Assembly (NCBI GenBank): GCA_002633005.1
Contig: NMRA01000494.1
Span: 62,001-126,000 of the forward strand
Origin: Phoronis australis
Lineage: Eukaryota; Animalia; Phoronida
DNA: 64,000 nucleotides
Reading direction: 5' to 3'
Each line of letters opens with the position of its first letter. Position 1 is the stretch's first letter. The translations under genes were made by a program, and so were the position numbers. Positions 1-14,741 of this stretch are shown here, piece by piece. Under the pieces are notes generated by a model, which worked only from the letters and a program-made list of their open reading frames with translations, ran no database searches and had not been told where the DNA came from.

Positions 1-53
1 AGTGCCACTTTCCACATTTTATTAATTTTTTATTGTTGCTGATTGTGTCACAG

Positions 54-3000
54 GTTGTCGGCCATTACTGCTTACGCTCATCAACATCCACAACTCGCAC
101 TAGCATTCGGCATTGGACACAACAACAGCAGTGACACCAACGGGACACACGTAAGTAGAGCTCTACTTCCGAGGAAGCAGTGTGCTGCTATTTGTTGGAG
201 CAGCGTGTAAAAGTTAGGAATAATTTGAAGCCATGGCATATGTCAATACTAACTTCCAGACTTAAAGACCCATTTGGAAACTGTTTGCAAGACCACTGCA
301 GTGAACGTAGAATGAACCGATAAGCGCAACTATATCATTAACAACCGATCATTAAGAAAAATAAATAACATTTACGGAGTACTGTAACACCGCTGACGCG
401 CTGAAAACAAAATTAATGAGACTTATTTCCTCCATTTGCTCATGATTGGCTCAGCTGATTTTGCGTCACAAACGGACATGTCGGTCGATTCGGACAGTGT
501 AACTGAGAACACTTCGAACCAATGTCCGAGGTAGGTAGGTAGACGATGCAACTTGGTTAATGAAAGATCCTGAAAAGGAAGATAAAGGCGAAGGACACAT
601 ACCCCATGGACGGCGTCGTGAGGAATGTGTCTCGATTTACCCGAAAGAACCCGATGTTTTAGTCAACCTGTAACATCCGATACAATATTCTCTTCCTGTG
701 ACCTCAAAACATCACGTGACAAATTTCTCGTGCGTTTTGAAAATTTAATAATGATGCTTTTCAAAGTACAATAAGTTCTAACGTAGCCCAAAATGCATTA
801 AATAGTAGCCTTCAACATTCGAAGTGACGCTAATGAGCGTGCAATCAGTAGTTTCATCTCCAATTATGTCTTGTCACAGTGTACATGTAGTTCTTGAGAT
901 ATCAAATGTTGTAATTCAGTTCACGCTCCATTTGTCTGTAAATATGTAACAGTAAAACAGGCGTGCGTTTTAACATAACCACTTACAACTACTTTCTGTC
1001 GTATTTGTGTCATTTCAGTATGCTTTTCCTATTTATGTATTATCTTGGCACTTTAATCAGTTGACCACAGACCAACAACCATGGAGGTAGGTTAAGTAGG
1101 CCTACAGTTCTTTTATACAGATGTTTTGTCTATTCATTTGTTAGCAGCATCATTCAAAATGTTATGGACGGTTTGGTTACAATTTCAAGATATCATTCTA
1201 AAACGTTTTGGGTGACCTGAGTTGCACTTCTAGGTTATCACTAGTAGGTTTAGACGTAAACTAACCTTACGTATATACACGAAGAAATCTATACAGGCTT
1301 TTGCTGGCATTATAAATAACATCTTAGTACTTTGTGTGTTGGTGATTTGTGGTGTACGCAGCAGTACCAGTACAAATCTTTGCTTGGTGCTCGGTTTTGG
1401 AGCTGTCACCACTTGTCACGGTCGTCAGTACATAGCTTCCCCCACAAGACTCGTACATTGCCTCCTCGTTGCAAAACACTGAACTATACGCCGGGATCCC
1501 ACTTGTCTTTTGAAATAACTGAAAAGCTGAAGCTCAACAGCGGAATTTTAAACTTGGACGACTAACGTCTTAAATCAGGAGTGAGATAATGCCTCTCCAT
1601 GTAAGGCGTTGGGAGGAAAAAGGTTATTGATACGGCCAATTGTCCCGGGGAAAGGGAATCATTGTACTTAGCGGGGTAAACATCAAGCGAAAGCAATTGT
1701 AAATGTGCCTGTTAACTTGGATAAAATGCCAAGCATCAAAAACAGAGGAATATAGCGTACCTTGATGCGGAGCTCTGTCTCCTCGAAGAGGAATTAATAC
1801 ACAGGGAAGAGAAGTTACTTCTGGTGTATACACTTACTATGGGGAACCACTGGACCCTACCGCATCGGCACAGAAGTGAAAGTGAAGTGACCAGACGCTC
1901 TGAGGAATCACTGATGCTTCGAGGTAAAAGGTTAAGTGAGATGAGCAGACAAGTAGAAGCAGTGGTAGTTTTCGAAGATATCTGTGTACACCAACTTGGC
2001 CAAGTGCTACGCATAGAAAACAGAGGAACGTGTGGTTCTCGGCTACGGGCATTTGTGTGAGAGTTTGTCGTCTTTTCCTTCATTTCATGCATTCTGTGCA
2101 GTGTGTGAAAGCAACTTTGGCCTACAATGCTTTTCTTATTAACACTTGCCACAATTATATGTGTACATGTAAGTGTGCACTTGTTGCTTTCAAAATGTGG
2201 ACGTGTTTGGTTCTTGGGGACATATATGTATGGCTAACATAGGAACAATGATGGCTATTAGAGAGTTTTCTAGTAATTTAGCTATGGAATCTACGTCACC
2301 TTTAACCGATTCCAACTGGTTCACCGTTCCAGAGAGGAGTTGAACATCATGCCACCAGAGTCGCATTTCTCCGGCTAATGGCGGACATCAACGACACACA
2401 AAAAGTAATTATGGGCCACCAGAGGGAGCAACTAGTTGTACATTGCACGTATGAAGGTGAAGAGTGCTTAAGCAGGTATATGTAGGTCTGAATCATCAAC
2501 TGTTGCGGTGTGCTGTGGGCAACACTTACAGTTATTAAAGGGTTTTGACAGCTGACGCACACTGAAGTAGAGATGAGGCTTTTCTCCCCAAAACAACCAC
2601 TTCCCTACAAGAGCTAGAAAAAATCTGACTACAGATGCGGAATGCTCCCATCCCTTGATTTTGTATACCCGGACTTGGCCTCGTAAAAGATGACCACCAC
2701 TTTTCCAATGTGCCCCACACAGAGCAAACTCCAATCGTCCAATAATCATGGCATCCCTTAAAAAGTTGAAGTGCTTCGAGGCGTTTACTTTTATGCTAAG
2801 TTAGCCATTGAATATCTAATTAAAATTAACACACCATTTTTCCTCGTGAAGCTTGCACTGCATTTGCGCGCATCAATATACGTCGTTGGGTCTTGCGGAT
2901 TTTTTGATAAATCTTTAGTATTTATCTTGTATGAGTTGGAAAACAAATTCCATTTCTTGTAATGTCTTAAGCTTCCATTGCTCGTGGTCAGTCATGCATC

Positions 3001-6000
3001 TGTTCTCCCGCTAATAATTTCAGTGACTTCCATTCATTTTGGAGTTCTCACCATGGTAACTGTTACACCTTCAACCACGGTTACGAAAACAGGAGCGGAA
3101 TTCACTTCAACTCGCAGACGGGTTCTACATACGGTAAATCGCTTCACTTATACGTAGAAAAGGGTCCCTAGGACTAGTTTCTTGCGAAAATTTTTGAAGA
3201 TCTTGAAAAATCACGTGAGTGGAAAGCGGGTACTTCGTTGTAGTTTGTTAGTTTACTCCTAGGATTATCCCAGCCTATAGAAACAACAAAAGCGGCCACT
3301 GACTGGGTACTATTGGTTGCCGAGATTGAGCTTATGAATTTCGTGGTTAAATTCATCGATTCCGGTTCTATAAGAAAAAAAAATCGCCACCTGTCCAAGC
3401 TATCTCTTTTTCTGTGGAATGCAGACGGTAATTAGATCAAACCGAAGTTGCAAACTTCATGTTAGACTGTGGAACCATGAAAAAATCCTACATGTACGTT
3501 GTCACCCTAAGAGGTCGAAATTGGTCAACTTGACCCGTTTGCGCACAACAGAATTTGCCGGTCTAGATCAAAGGCACCATGTTGCTGTGGTTAAGTAAAT
3601 CGCTTAAGCTCATGATGTCATCGTTCACGAGATAATGAACCCCTCATTAACACAATAGGTGCAACAATGGTACTTTCAAATTTTTGTTTTGAATTTCAAA
3701 TTTTATTTTTGAAAGTTTGTAAACAGCATCGTGAAAAGCACTCGTGATAGGTTTTTGAACTTTGAGCATTGTACTAGGAATGTGCCTTTTACTACTTAAA
3801 ACGTTTGCAATGATATGTTCCTCATTAATTCTGCTTGGTGTTCAACACAAATGGGCCAATTACCAAACCACCAGACAATCGATGGATTTGGAGGTAAGCC
3901 AAATTCGACCGGTGTTCAAAGAAACGGTGAAGTATTGACAGTTAGGTGGAAGTACGTCACGAGCGGAGCAGAATTAACGGCCAAGGCTGGTTGTCATGAG
4001 CATGGCATAGAATGCAACAAGGTATATGTAGACTGGCAAAAATTTCGCAATCTGCATGGCTATGGGTTTGTGTAAGATTCATTCTGGTCAATTTTCTTGT
4101 CGTCAGTAAGAATTGGTAACAGAAATCGATGGTATGTGTGTATCTTTCCTGATGGAAACTTGGCACAGCTAATACGGAAAAGATAACTAAGCAAACTGTT
4201 TGTTTTCGTTATGGCTCTATGACATACATGACATTTACAAGGATAAACTTTCAGTTTGAATCTTAATGCCTCATGTATATTTAAATAAAAGTGTTATCTG
4301 ACACGTGACTCTCACATGGGCGTCCTTTTCACGATTAGTTTCGTAACTTAGGAGCGACTTTTTGACAAAATTCCCTATGACAAGCGGAAGTCACTTCGGT
4401 TAGGTTTATGGAATTAACCCTTATGAAAACGTTGTGTTCTGGGAAAACCATTACGAAGATCTGTACAAATGGTGCCTTTTTCGAGTGGAATCCTAAAGTG
4501 GATGAATAATTTTCCAGCTGAATTCCCGAGCTCTGTCAGACCGGTCTGTCGGTACATGTTAATATAGACAACTATTTTGCCTAACAGGACTCAAACTGGA
4601 GCTGAATTTGGAACAAGACGAGTACATAGACAAGTTATCCGAGGCGGCGGGGGCACGGGTTATCCTACATAAGGCTAACACAATGCCTTTCCCGGACGAC
4701 ATGGGCACCTTCGCACCGCCGGGATATTTGACTTCCATAGCTGCCAGAATGGTATGTGCCGGTAGTAAATTTACTAACGAAATGAAAGGGTGTAAATTTT
4801 CTGCTGGTCTTCAGTAGCGATCAACAGAGGAAAAATATTGCGAGCTGGACAGCCTTGTACTAAAAACACCCACAACGGTATGTACATGTACTCAATCTCG
4901 ACAAAATATTTCCTGTGTATTGTCATATTTCACACAGGTTCGGGGAACGGACTCCTCAAGAAAAGAACAGTTTACATTTTGTAAACCCTGGTGGTAGCCA
5001 TCCACCTGATGTTCCAATACCACTGGGTCATTGATATCCTGCTGAAGTTAGACCTGGCGTGCGTTCAGTAGACGCTAGGACCTACGCTAGGACCTAGCTA
5101 AAACCTAGTCAAAGTCACGTGTTCTAATTTAAAATGCACGGCAATATCTCACGTAATCTCGCGAAGTCTTGCTTTTTAGCGAGGTCCTAGCGTTACTGAA
5201 CGGGAGTCTGTTGTTACACGTGACATTCAAGTTTCATCGCGTCACGCAGAGTCTGCGATTCAGAACACTTTTAATCATGCACCACACATGACTGATTTTT
5301 GGCAGGATGCTTCTTGTAACGTTTTCTTGTCGTCGGCGAGGACAAGTCTGTAAAGAATAACTTGATGCTTAATTTTTGTGTTTTAGATGAGGATTGACCG
5401 TCTGGCCTATCCATTTGAGGACGAATGTGTTAACTACACACGCGAAGATGCACATAGTCACTCCATATATTCCTTCATGTATGACGTCAACTACACCAAA
5501 GACGTAAGTGATTCCACATAAAAGTAACCCTGGCGATATTTGCACGTGACAAATTTGGTCGAAATTTCCGTTTTGAAAATTAGGCTGTAAATTAAAATTA
5601 AATTTGTTTCCCGAGCACTCTACAAACAATTTGACAAAATAGTTTCAGCTGTAAAAACAAACATTTGCAACAAACTATGATCGTCAAGGCAATGAATAAA
5701 GGCAAAAATAAAATTATTCACCATCAGAACTGAGCAGTTTGGCTACAATTGGAATTTTATTGTTGAATATTTGCGGGATATCTGAAACAGATTGTGAGAC
5801 ACCGGTTTCTAAAGCAGAATGCAACCAATTAAAATAGAGAACGTAAACCTACATTTCCTGTCAACAGATGGCGATGAAGATGTATTATTTACAATTTTTT
5901 CTATTGTTATCACTGCCATATTGTTGTCGTGAACCACTGAATGTCACTGTCCTTGCATAAGTCGATTCCTTGCCATATCAATAGATAAAGCTCAGAGAAA

Positions 6001-9000
6001 AACTTATGAATGGCATTTCAAAAACTTTTAGGCTTGCCTCAAAACATGTCTTCAAGCCAAGATCATCGAGAAGTGCGACTGCGCAGACTCTGAACTTCCT
6101 TTTAACGCCACCTACTTCACTGAAATTCACGTGGACAGAGGGCACCACGGCGGAGATGTCAATGCGTGTACTAGCGATTCAAAGAGTGAGTTAGCACACA
6201 GCGTGACTCATTAACCTCTCGTAGTGCTTCTTAGGAGAAACGTCAAAGAGAAGACCTATCTGAAGTCAGTCATATTATACCGGAAATAATTTAATGTCAG
6301 TATAGAAGTACACGGTATCTTCTTCTTCTTCTTCCAAAAATCAACAAACGATCGTGGTATCGATCCTTACTTGTTGGCTCATTGTTAGTATAAAACGTAG
6401 ATGCACGTAACTGAAAAATAACGATAAAACGAAGTGCTGGTCAATGCCAAGATAAAAAAGGTCTTAATGATTACTGTGTAAGATTGATGTTCAAGATGTG
6501 ACTTGTGAATATTTTTATTGTTTCTGATGAGATGGCGAATTGTGGGAGTCTATAGCACGACTTTTTTCTTTGTTATATGTAAAACGTCTTCGTGTAAGAA
6601 CATCTATCACCGAACATTCATATCGAACGTCAGTTATACTTCAGTGCTCCTCCTATAGACCTAAGACACTAGCTTGAATTTGTGACGAGAAAACCTCTAC
6701 TCATGGAACTGAAATGGTTAATTCTACTGCATGAACTATGAATTCTATATCATGAATCAACATTTCAACTTCATCGACCAATGACGTCATTGGCTGCCAA
6801 TTTGCTAGGTTAAGCTAGTAAGACCTCGAGCTTACTCGCGGAAAACAAGCCTTTTACTCGGGTGAAATGTGCTTAAAAAGCTTGGTCAACGGCACGGAAC
6901 ACAGAGCTGTGGGCTGAAAAACGTCGGGCACACGACGACAAGGCATTTGTGAGGCATTGTTTTAATCTCCATGGTAGGTTTGAATTTCTTCCCATCAGTC
7001 AAGATTCGAGCATCGGCGACCAATCCTTTCAGTAGCAACCATTTTGCTAGTGTACTCGAGTAAGCTTCACAGGGCATATGCAAAGCCCGCTCAAACCACT
7101 TGCTTGATTCTTAGTGGTCTTGTGTGGTCTCCTCAAACTCATAAAAACTTGCCCACCTCCATTGAGCAGTATCAACCAGACTACTTTTAACCTGCCAGTA
7201 CGATAACCTACACGTATTCATTGTTTGGATTTCAGTATTGCGAGTAATAAGATTCAATCTAGGATTTCCGAGAAATAACTTTGCGGCATAATTCGGATTT
7301 ATAAGGACCCAACAGAGGTTCTTTCGGGATTGTTTCGCTTGTCTTAGTCACAAATATGGGAAAGATTGCAGTATTTCTGTCAACTCGTTACTTTAAAATG
7401 ACTGCTTCCGTTGCCTGACTTTTCCTACAGTAGCCGAACTAATGCCAATGTGCAGCCTTCTTCTCAAGACACATAAAACATGAGGGCGTTGCGAGCACAG
7501 TTCAATTTTCAGAAGCAAATTGCACCATATTTTTTCCGAAAGACTCTTGAGGTTCTTGTCATTTATTTTGGTAAAGGGACTCTACTCTGTGGGGTTTGAC
7601 AAACATTGTCAATCCAAGACTTCCTGTTGGTGGTGGTACAAACACTTGTCAAGGCAATGACTTTGTCAGACCAGTTTGTCAGGGTTATTAAACTATTTTG
7701 TATTTACGTTAGGCAGCAAATATCCGTATGAAGGAAGTGACTCTTTAAGGGGCATCTTTTGAATCAACTTGACGAGAAAATATTTTGTTCTTATCAGCGA
7801 AGTCAGCTGTCAAACTGAGGAAGCCCTTTGAGTGCATGCGAATATAGTTACAAATATCGTGTGTTGACATCTCACATTATATGTTCGTCCATGTGAGTGA
7901 ATGACGTGTGTTGAAGTTACGGTATCGAGTAAAATGATGCTCCTGTTTCAGTTGCTTGCCTGGAGGATGTTGAGCACAAGTATAAGCACGGCGAGTTGAA
8001 CTGTGACTACTGTCCTATAGCCTGCGTGTGAGTAGATTGAATAGTCAATAGCGAATCGCTCGAAAGGTGAACTTCAATCACATGACCGATTCCTCAGCGT
8101 CAGTTACCTTTAATACGTTAATCATATTATTGGTTTAAAAGTCGGAGCCGTCATAGAGAACCAAATAGATATCTTAATCGGTTGACCAGGGATGAAGAGG
8201 TGGGGTCAATCAAGTGCACCGATTGGGTTTGCTTCATCAGTTGAAAGGATACAAAAATGAGTTGCGAAAACGGATTTTTTGCATAGGCCGTCTGCGTCAC
8301 CTCATTGCTGTCTATCTGTAATGATTCCTCAATGTGGTCTAAAAATGTCAACAGTTGCTTGGACCAATGGATATCAAGCACCTGTTTATTATAGTTTCTT
8401 TCCATTCCAGTGATATATTTTACCCAGAGAAGGTCAGTCTTGCCCAGTGGCCATCTAAAAATCATCAGGTGAGATTTACTGTCTGCTCGCTTTATCGTGG
8501 ACCGAGACATGGTGAAGTTAAAATCGGGACTCCGCTGAATTTCTTGTAACTTCTGTGTCTACCCTTGAACGATTGGTTGTTTTAAACTGTAGGTGAACCG
8601 GAATGGATCATCGTAGATATTAAAACAACACAGTGTAGTCGCGAGGGTACGTTTGTTGTTTTTAAAATTCATTCACTGCATATCTAGCCATGTCATCAAG
8701 CGTCACATAGATGCATTGAGTGCAAATGATGTCAGAAAATTTCAAATAAAGCTTAACGAGAAAATATTGCGTTTACTATCGAAAACGCATTTTTAGATTA
8801 TTGTTGGATGGGATGAAGTTCTTATCTTAAAGTTACGGTGTATTAATGTAGCTTTGACCAGAGCTTCAAAACAACACAATTCGGTGTGGGTTACTTGATT
8901 CATTAGCATTTGACGATTGGGGTCTCATACTGCCATCAAAGCATTTGCTTGCGACCGCCGGGATTGCATGTTCCGATTTCGCGCGGTGGATGATCTCAGA

Positions 9001-10799
9001 AGATTGTTGATAATGACCTTTTAAGACTTCTTGGAGAACCAATATCGTGGAAAGTGACTCTCCTTTTACAAATGAAGCGTCAATATACCCGATTAGTCAC
9101 ATATCGACGTGATGAATTAAAGGTTCCATGACTTCATATAGACACCCAAACTCTTTGTGTTACTCAGAACAAACGTGCAGGCAGACAGTAAAGAAGAAAG
9201 CAAGACGATATTGCTCCAAAGGCATTCTTTGGTGAAAACAGACGATCACGTGTTTCGCTAGACATAGCTATCTCACGGAGACTTTGTGTTCCTGCAAATC
9301 TTTCCATAATCGAGTTGTGGTTCTTGACTGTGATATACCTCTCCTCTTTTAGGCTACGTTGTACTCGAGCCTAGCGGCCGAAGGAGCGCACCTCGACAAG
9401 CTAGTCAACGGGGTTAACAAGTCGACTGCAAGTCCAAGGTTTGCAACCTACGATATTAATTCTTGTGAAATATTAGTGTCTTGAAATTTTGTTTTGACTG
9501 TGTACATAATGTTATGGCCGCCTATTTGAAGGATTTTTGTTTTCACATTTACAGGCTGACAGTGAATACAACTGCACTTTGTTTAGCGTAGATGATGTTC
9601 AAAGAGCATTGCCGTATACATGTAGTTCCTGCTATACATTAGCGGAGTTAGGAGCATGCAAATACATCTTTAACAATTCAACCATTCTGACAACCACAAT
9701 CCTGCAATTAATTGTGAATCTGAACTCCCCTTTTTAGGACCGCCGTCATGCACAAGTTATAGCAAATTTCACTCATTTTTGTCCTTGAGTGGAACATTTT
9801 CAGAATCGGAGATGAAGCCGGTTGGTAGAACGAGACAAAAATGTGCTTTTTCAAAAAAATATCGAGAATGTATTCTTAGCGGCACTTTCGAAGGTGCGCA
9901 GATTCGGAAATTCCAGGTAGCTAAAAATTGTCTTTATTGTTGATGGTAACTCAAAAAACGAACCCACAATATTTCGTATAGAGTTCCTGAATCAATTACT
10001 CTTTGAAAGAGCAAAAGTCAACACAATCTAACTCGTGTGATTAAAACTGTATACTGATCATTCACAAATTGAAGTTCACGTGTAAGTATACAAAATTTGA
10101 GACAAAATAAAATGACTTTATGTGGGATTAATGTTCATGTTTTCCGATTATTCTGTGTCATCGTATAACTGTATCCTCGTTGCTTTTACGTTTTAGTGAC
10201 AATTTGTTGAAAGTGGAAGTTTTCTTCGAACAGCTCAACTATGAACATATTTATCAAGTGGACGGTTTCACGGTAAGTAGCCTTCTAATCTCATATAGTG
10301 TGTGGGAGTATTAGACCCATGCATCCCAGGGGCGGATCCAGGATTTTGATTTAGGGGGCAGGGCAGAGTATTAGACAGGATTTGCCCGACAGACATTCGT
10401 ACTCTCGAACTGCCAAATGGAATCTGGGAGAATTTTGGAGGGGGGCATGGCCCCCTTGGCCCCCTCTAAATCCGCCACTGCATCCATGTCCGAAATAATG
10501 CGGGTTTTTCAAAACTTCAAATGGTTCACATACTGTATTTTCGCTTTCACATAATCTGTTCTCGACTTCGGGTGGGGTCGGATCTTTTTACTGTATTTGC
10601 TGATTGATCGGCCACTCACAATTTCTCTCCTTCACAGTGGTCCGACCTGTTAGCTGCGCTAGGTGGCGTCATCGGCCTATTTCTTGGTTTATCGGTTGTC
10701 GCCATCTTTGAATTCTTCGAGCTTGGAGTCATCATGATCGCACACTGTTGGAGGTCACGGACGAACCAGATATTATCTGTATCACCAAAAGCTCACTAA
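54..10799 (+). CDS. DEG/ENaC (amiloride-sensitive/ASIC-like) ion channel subunit, paralog 1; 5'-partial (first two coding exons lie upstream of the window)
   Basis: GT-AG exons 54-150, 2333-2475, 3024-3133, 4588-4751, 5387-5503, 6032-6185, 7952-8027, 8411-8468, 9353-9438, 10197-10272, 10638-10799 splice in one frame with no stops. Family motifs: GHQREQLVVHCTYEGEEC, HGNCYTFN, GLKLELNLEQDEY, GARVILH, Cys-rich thumb CLKTCLQAKIIEKCDC...CPIAC, QWPS, NLLKVEVFFEQL, TM2 DLLAALGGVIGLFLGLSVVAIFEFFEL, stop TAA at 10797-10799. Confidence 0.93.
5062..5202. mobile_element. Small MITE-like inverted-repeat element in a gene-1 intron
   Basis: Left end cgttcagtagacgctaggacct... is the near reverse complement of right end ...aggtcctagcgttactgaacg; ~140 bp, non-coding. 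Confidence 0.55.
10327..10480. mobile_element. GC-rich MITE (CAGGGGGCGGAT...ATCCGCCACTG termini) in the last intron of gene 1
   Basis: Imperfect terminal inverted repeats cagggggcggat / atccgccactg, internal ggggggcatggccccc stem, flanked by a short direct repeat catcc. Confidence 0.6.
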
Positions 10800-12618
10800 A
10801 AGTAGGTGTTTGAAGAGAACAAACTTTAAAAAATGAATGTTGTTAGAAAATGATCACAGAATGAACACAGCATGCCCCACGAGAAGTTAAAGCTTTCCTG
10901 GGAGTGCCTTGCTAAAATACTCGCAGTTGCACTGAATAGGTATACGGTGTGCTTCCAAAAGCAGACGTAGTCGTCCAAATCCTGCGACGTTTGTCGTGTT
11001 CATATGTTGATGAACGATGTGCCCAATATCTGTACAGCTAGTCAATTTGTGTCGGAAGTGATCACCGTATTAATGTATTCCGTTCGCAACCCAAAGACTC
11101 TAGCTCAATACCGGCCACAGATCTTCATTTGTGGCAAATTTATTTAGGCCCCTACTATGAACGTGTTAGCTAAGACCAGCCAGAGTTCCATTCTGAGTAC
11201 CATAAACGCTAGTATGCATACACGTTCCGTCTTAAATCATTGGTGAATCTACGATTTCGGGGGCGGCGAATTTATTTGACCAATAGCGGCATTTTAAAAA
11301 TAGTGATAGCGACATATTTTCAGTTTTGCCTCCTGTTAGGGGATTATACCCCCCCCCCGAATCGCTCTTCTGTGGTTCTGCTGCTGATCGCGTATCAAAG
11401 TTAGGGTTTTTTCGTAATTTAAACCTGATAAATACCCGTCTTACCGCAAAGAAGCTAACATTTGATCATTTGGTAAAGACCATATACTAGTATACAAACT
11501 TTTAAGTTGGTCTGAACTTAATACTCCATACTGAGATAAGAAATTATTCGTGAGACCCTATGGTCAACGTATAAAATGACCAATTGTGTCAACTTACAAG
11601 TCAACTTTTTAATTTATGTATTTGTGTATAATAATTGTATATAGATTTCTTTGTATTTACTTAACCCAGATACAATGCCTCTTGGCGCTTTCTATGTATG
11701 TATATTTATTCTTACTGAATATTTCATAATATACATTTAAACATTTTTACAAGTCAACTATTCATCTGATAAAGCTAGATCTCGAGCAATAATGAATTGT
11801 CAGTTCTCTCAATGACCTGAAATCGCCTCTCTTTTGACTGAGAAACATATTGAAACCAGTTTCATAACTGCAAGAGTCTAAATAAAAGCTCGTTTTTGTG
11901 ATGCAAGGCGGGTTTAATTCCTCTTTGGGCTGGGGTTTGTATTGATGTGTTTGTCTTCAAATCTTTCGTTGTTTGATTGCATCTTATTTTAGGTAACGTT
12001 TACATGTTGTTGAATATTTTGATTTCACTACACTCGGAATGTTTTGTTTGTTTTACTGGTTTGTTGTATTTTTTACTTTGTACTTGACACGGAGAATGGA
12101 GTGTGTATTTGTGGTAAAATATTTCAGATTAATAAAAAGCTTTTTGATAAGAAAATGTGTCTAATTTTACAGACGTGTTAAGTTTTATCTAACATTTAGC
12201 ATTTTCCCGTTTTCAGATATTTTATTCATAACGTGCACATTACAACTATTTTGATGGTAATCGCAACTGCTCCCTTTATCGTTTACCTATTAAGTTTTTT
12301 CGCCAAATTAGAAATAAAGGTTGAAAAACACTCTTGTGTCGTTTTTGTTTTCCACTTCTTACTTCTGTATAGTTTTATAAGACAGTTAATATGTTTCTGC
12401 GCGTCCTAAGTTGAACACAGAGGTTGGTGTGGGGAAATACAGAAAGGACGTACATGTATACCTTGACCTATTTCCACAAAACTTCGTGTAGTTTGTTGGC
12501 CAGAATCAACCAAATGTGTAGTTATAAAATTAGTGTAATGGTGGGGGTAAGTGTAAGAGAAGCGTTGCAAACGTTTAAATGATTTCTATCACAACATTTC
12601 CAAAACTGCACGTGCATT

Positions 12619-12863
12619 CGGTTGTGCGAAACAGTCCCAAATAGGGACTCAACTTAGTATCCTTAATTTGTGGCCTTGTGAAAACACTGATTGTCAGTGG
12701 GGTCACTTTTTAGTTATAGGAAAATATCACTGGTCAAAGAGAAGCTCGTAATAAAGATGAAATTATATAAAATATTGCATCTGTCAGCCGCTAGAACGAA
12801 ACAGATATGCAAACGATTTGGGGAACTTAGTTGAGTCCCTGGGACTGTTTCATGAAACCGGGC
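12619..12863. mobile_element. MITE (possibly PIF/Harbinger-type), copy A, intergenic
   Basis: TIR-like ends cggtt..gaaacagtcccaaatagggactcaac / gttgagtccctgggactgtttcatgaaaccg; homologous in opposite orientation to 21677-22097. Confidence 0.6.
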
Positions 12864-14741
12864 ACTGAACGTCATCTGCGTATATGTCGAACTTCAGTCT
12901 TACAGCCAATGAGTTGTCACGTGACCTACTTTCGCATATGATCAGATAGGTAGCAACAACAGTTCTTGATTTTGGGATTAAAATCCCACGGCAGGCCAGC
13001 TTCAACGTCTGGTCCACAAGATGTACAAAACCTGAAAATTTTTATCAGTATACTGGGTCAAAGACTTTGCACAAAGTCAATTTTCCCATCTTTTACCAAT
13101 ATACCGGAAGTGCAGCCGGCTCCCAAAAATATACCCAAAGTCACCAGTTGTCGGTGATTACTACGAGCTGAGAGACAGATCATTCAGATTACCAAAACTC
13201 TCCAAATTACAGAAATCAGGTGAAAAGTGGGTGTCAAGCAGCCAGATTTTTACAAATGCAAAGTGCCTGAAGGGTACCTATATTTCCTAAAATTCAACTA
13301 GTTCCCGCTTGCATGCAGTAAACGTTTAAGATTACACGACTAAGCAAAAAGTGGATCAAGGGGTCAACAGCTGGCAATCTTTCTCTCAGATTCAAAACTA
13401 AAGCAAATGCTTCGTCACCATGATCACATACAACAGAACTTAAAATGCCCAGCCAATTCAGTAGGTGCCAATTTTTAATTAAATTATTGCAGACAAATTC
13501 AACCAGTTGGCTTCAAAAACTATTGAGCGTCACTTTAATACGAGTTGAAAGTACGAAGATATCCGAAGTTTGTTTCTGGAAGCTGTACATGATTTCTAGG
13601 CAAAGGTTGACGTAGTGCCCAAAGTTAAATAAATGCATGCATGTGTCCGTACGATTTAAGAGAAATAATCACGAGACCCAGTTAATAACATATTGGTAAA
13701 AGTTACAAATCAAATTCTACAGACTTTGTACATTCGGAAAATAATACTTTTAATTAATATCGATGACGTCATAAATAACCTCAAATGCATGGATCCGGCA
13801 GTGCTGTCCACTTAAGTTACAAGTCCCACCTTGCGTAATGTTTGTTTTGGTTACACATATCTTCCATAACAACATTTCAATGTAAGTGGCAATGCGTACT
13901 GGTCAGATCAGCTTGTACGATCTACTGAAAATATTACAGGATGGCATTTTGTAAAGCACAAAGGAGTATTGACATACATTATTAATATTTTGAAAGCGTG
14001 AGTAGTCAGTCAAAGTTCACTCTGTTACCCCTCAAGTCGTGTTCACACTACAAGTTACCATAGGACGGACCCAAGGACCCAGAGAAAATGCCTTTTCGTT
14101 ATGGCCTTGTCACACGCACAAATCACGACAAATAACTGTTTTAACAAATTATTGCCCGTGCTCATACGCTCACCGATTTTCATTGATGAATGACAATGGG
14201 AGAGCGACAGTGGCCCTCGGCCCGCTAAGACTGTACAGGTAAACACACATTGTAGCTAATATGTGAATCAAACTATTGGTCATATAAACACATTTCATTC
14301 TATTGACCGTGTCCACAACTGTTTGTTGTGCGCAATTAGTGTAAACAAAGGCATGTGCGCGCACTCAATTCTAGTTACCGTAAGATGTGAATAGTAAAAT
14401 AACATTCCAAGCCAATTAATCGAAGCCAAAGTATTCACACCCCTAAATAAAGGCAAACCAAGGACGATGCCTGCTTTTGTGGTTCTTTAGACGTATTGAG
14501 AGTATATTGACCTACGCGTCACAATGAAGCCATTCGTCTCAAGTTACCAGTCAGGATGACTTGTGAGTTTTAATTTAGAGCGTGTAGATCTATGCTAAAA
14601 CGGATATTTGCTTTATGCGAATGTGGCGGAAAAGTCGATTCAGATTGCGCGAAACTATTCTTTTGTCATGACTAATTAAACTTTCACTTGCTGTAACAGG
14701 AAAGACAAAACTTTTAATGAAATACAAAATCGTGAGTAGAA

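Noticed and set aside
1061-1086. 26-nt micro-exon candidate in gene 1 (and a 26-nt candidate at 23666-23691 in gene 2)
   Set aside because: The flanking exons already join in frame, 26 nt would shift the frame unless a weak alternative acceptor is used, the two candidates are not homologous, and the gene-2 version creates TGA.
6886-6960. THAP-like start MPHKCLVVVCP on the minus strand, with short inverted motifs nearby
   Set aside because: Only the first Cys pair is present; no W, C..HF or AVPT motifs follow, so it is insufficient to call.
14186-14238. Upstream ATG-containing exon extending the gene-2 N-terminus
   Set aside because: Splicing to the acceptor at 14699 meets a stop before 14742, and the frame of the main ATG also has an upstream stop; at most a 5'UTR exon or uORF, unsupported.
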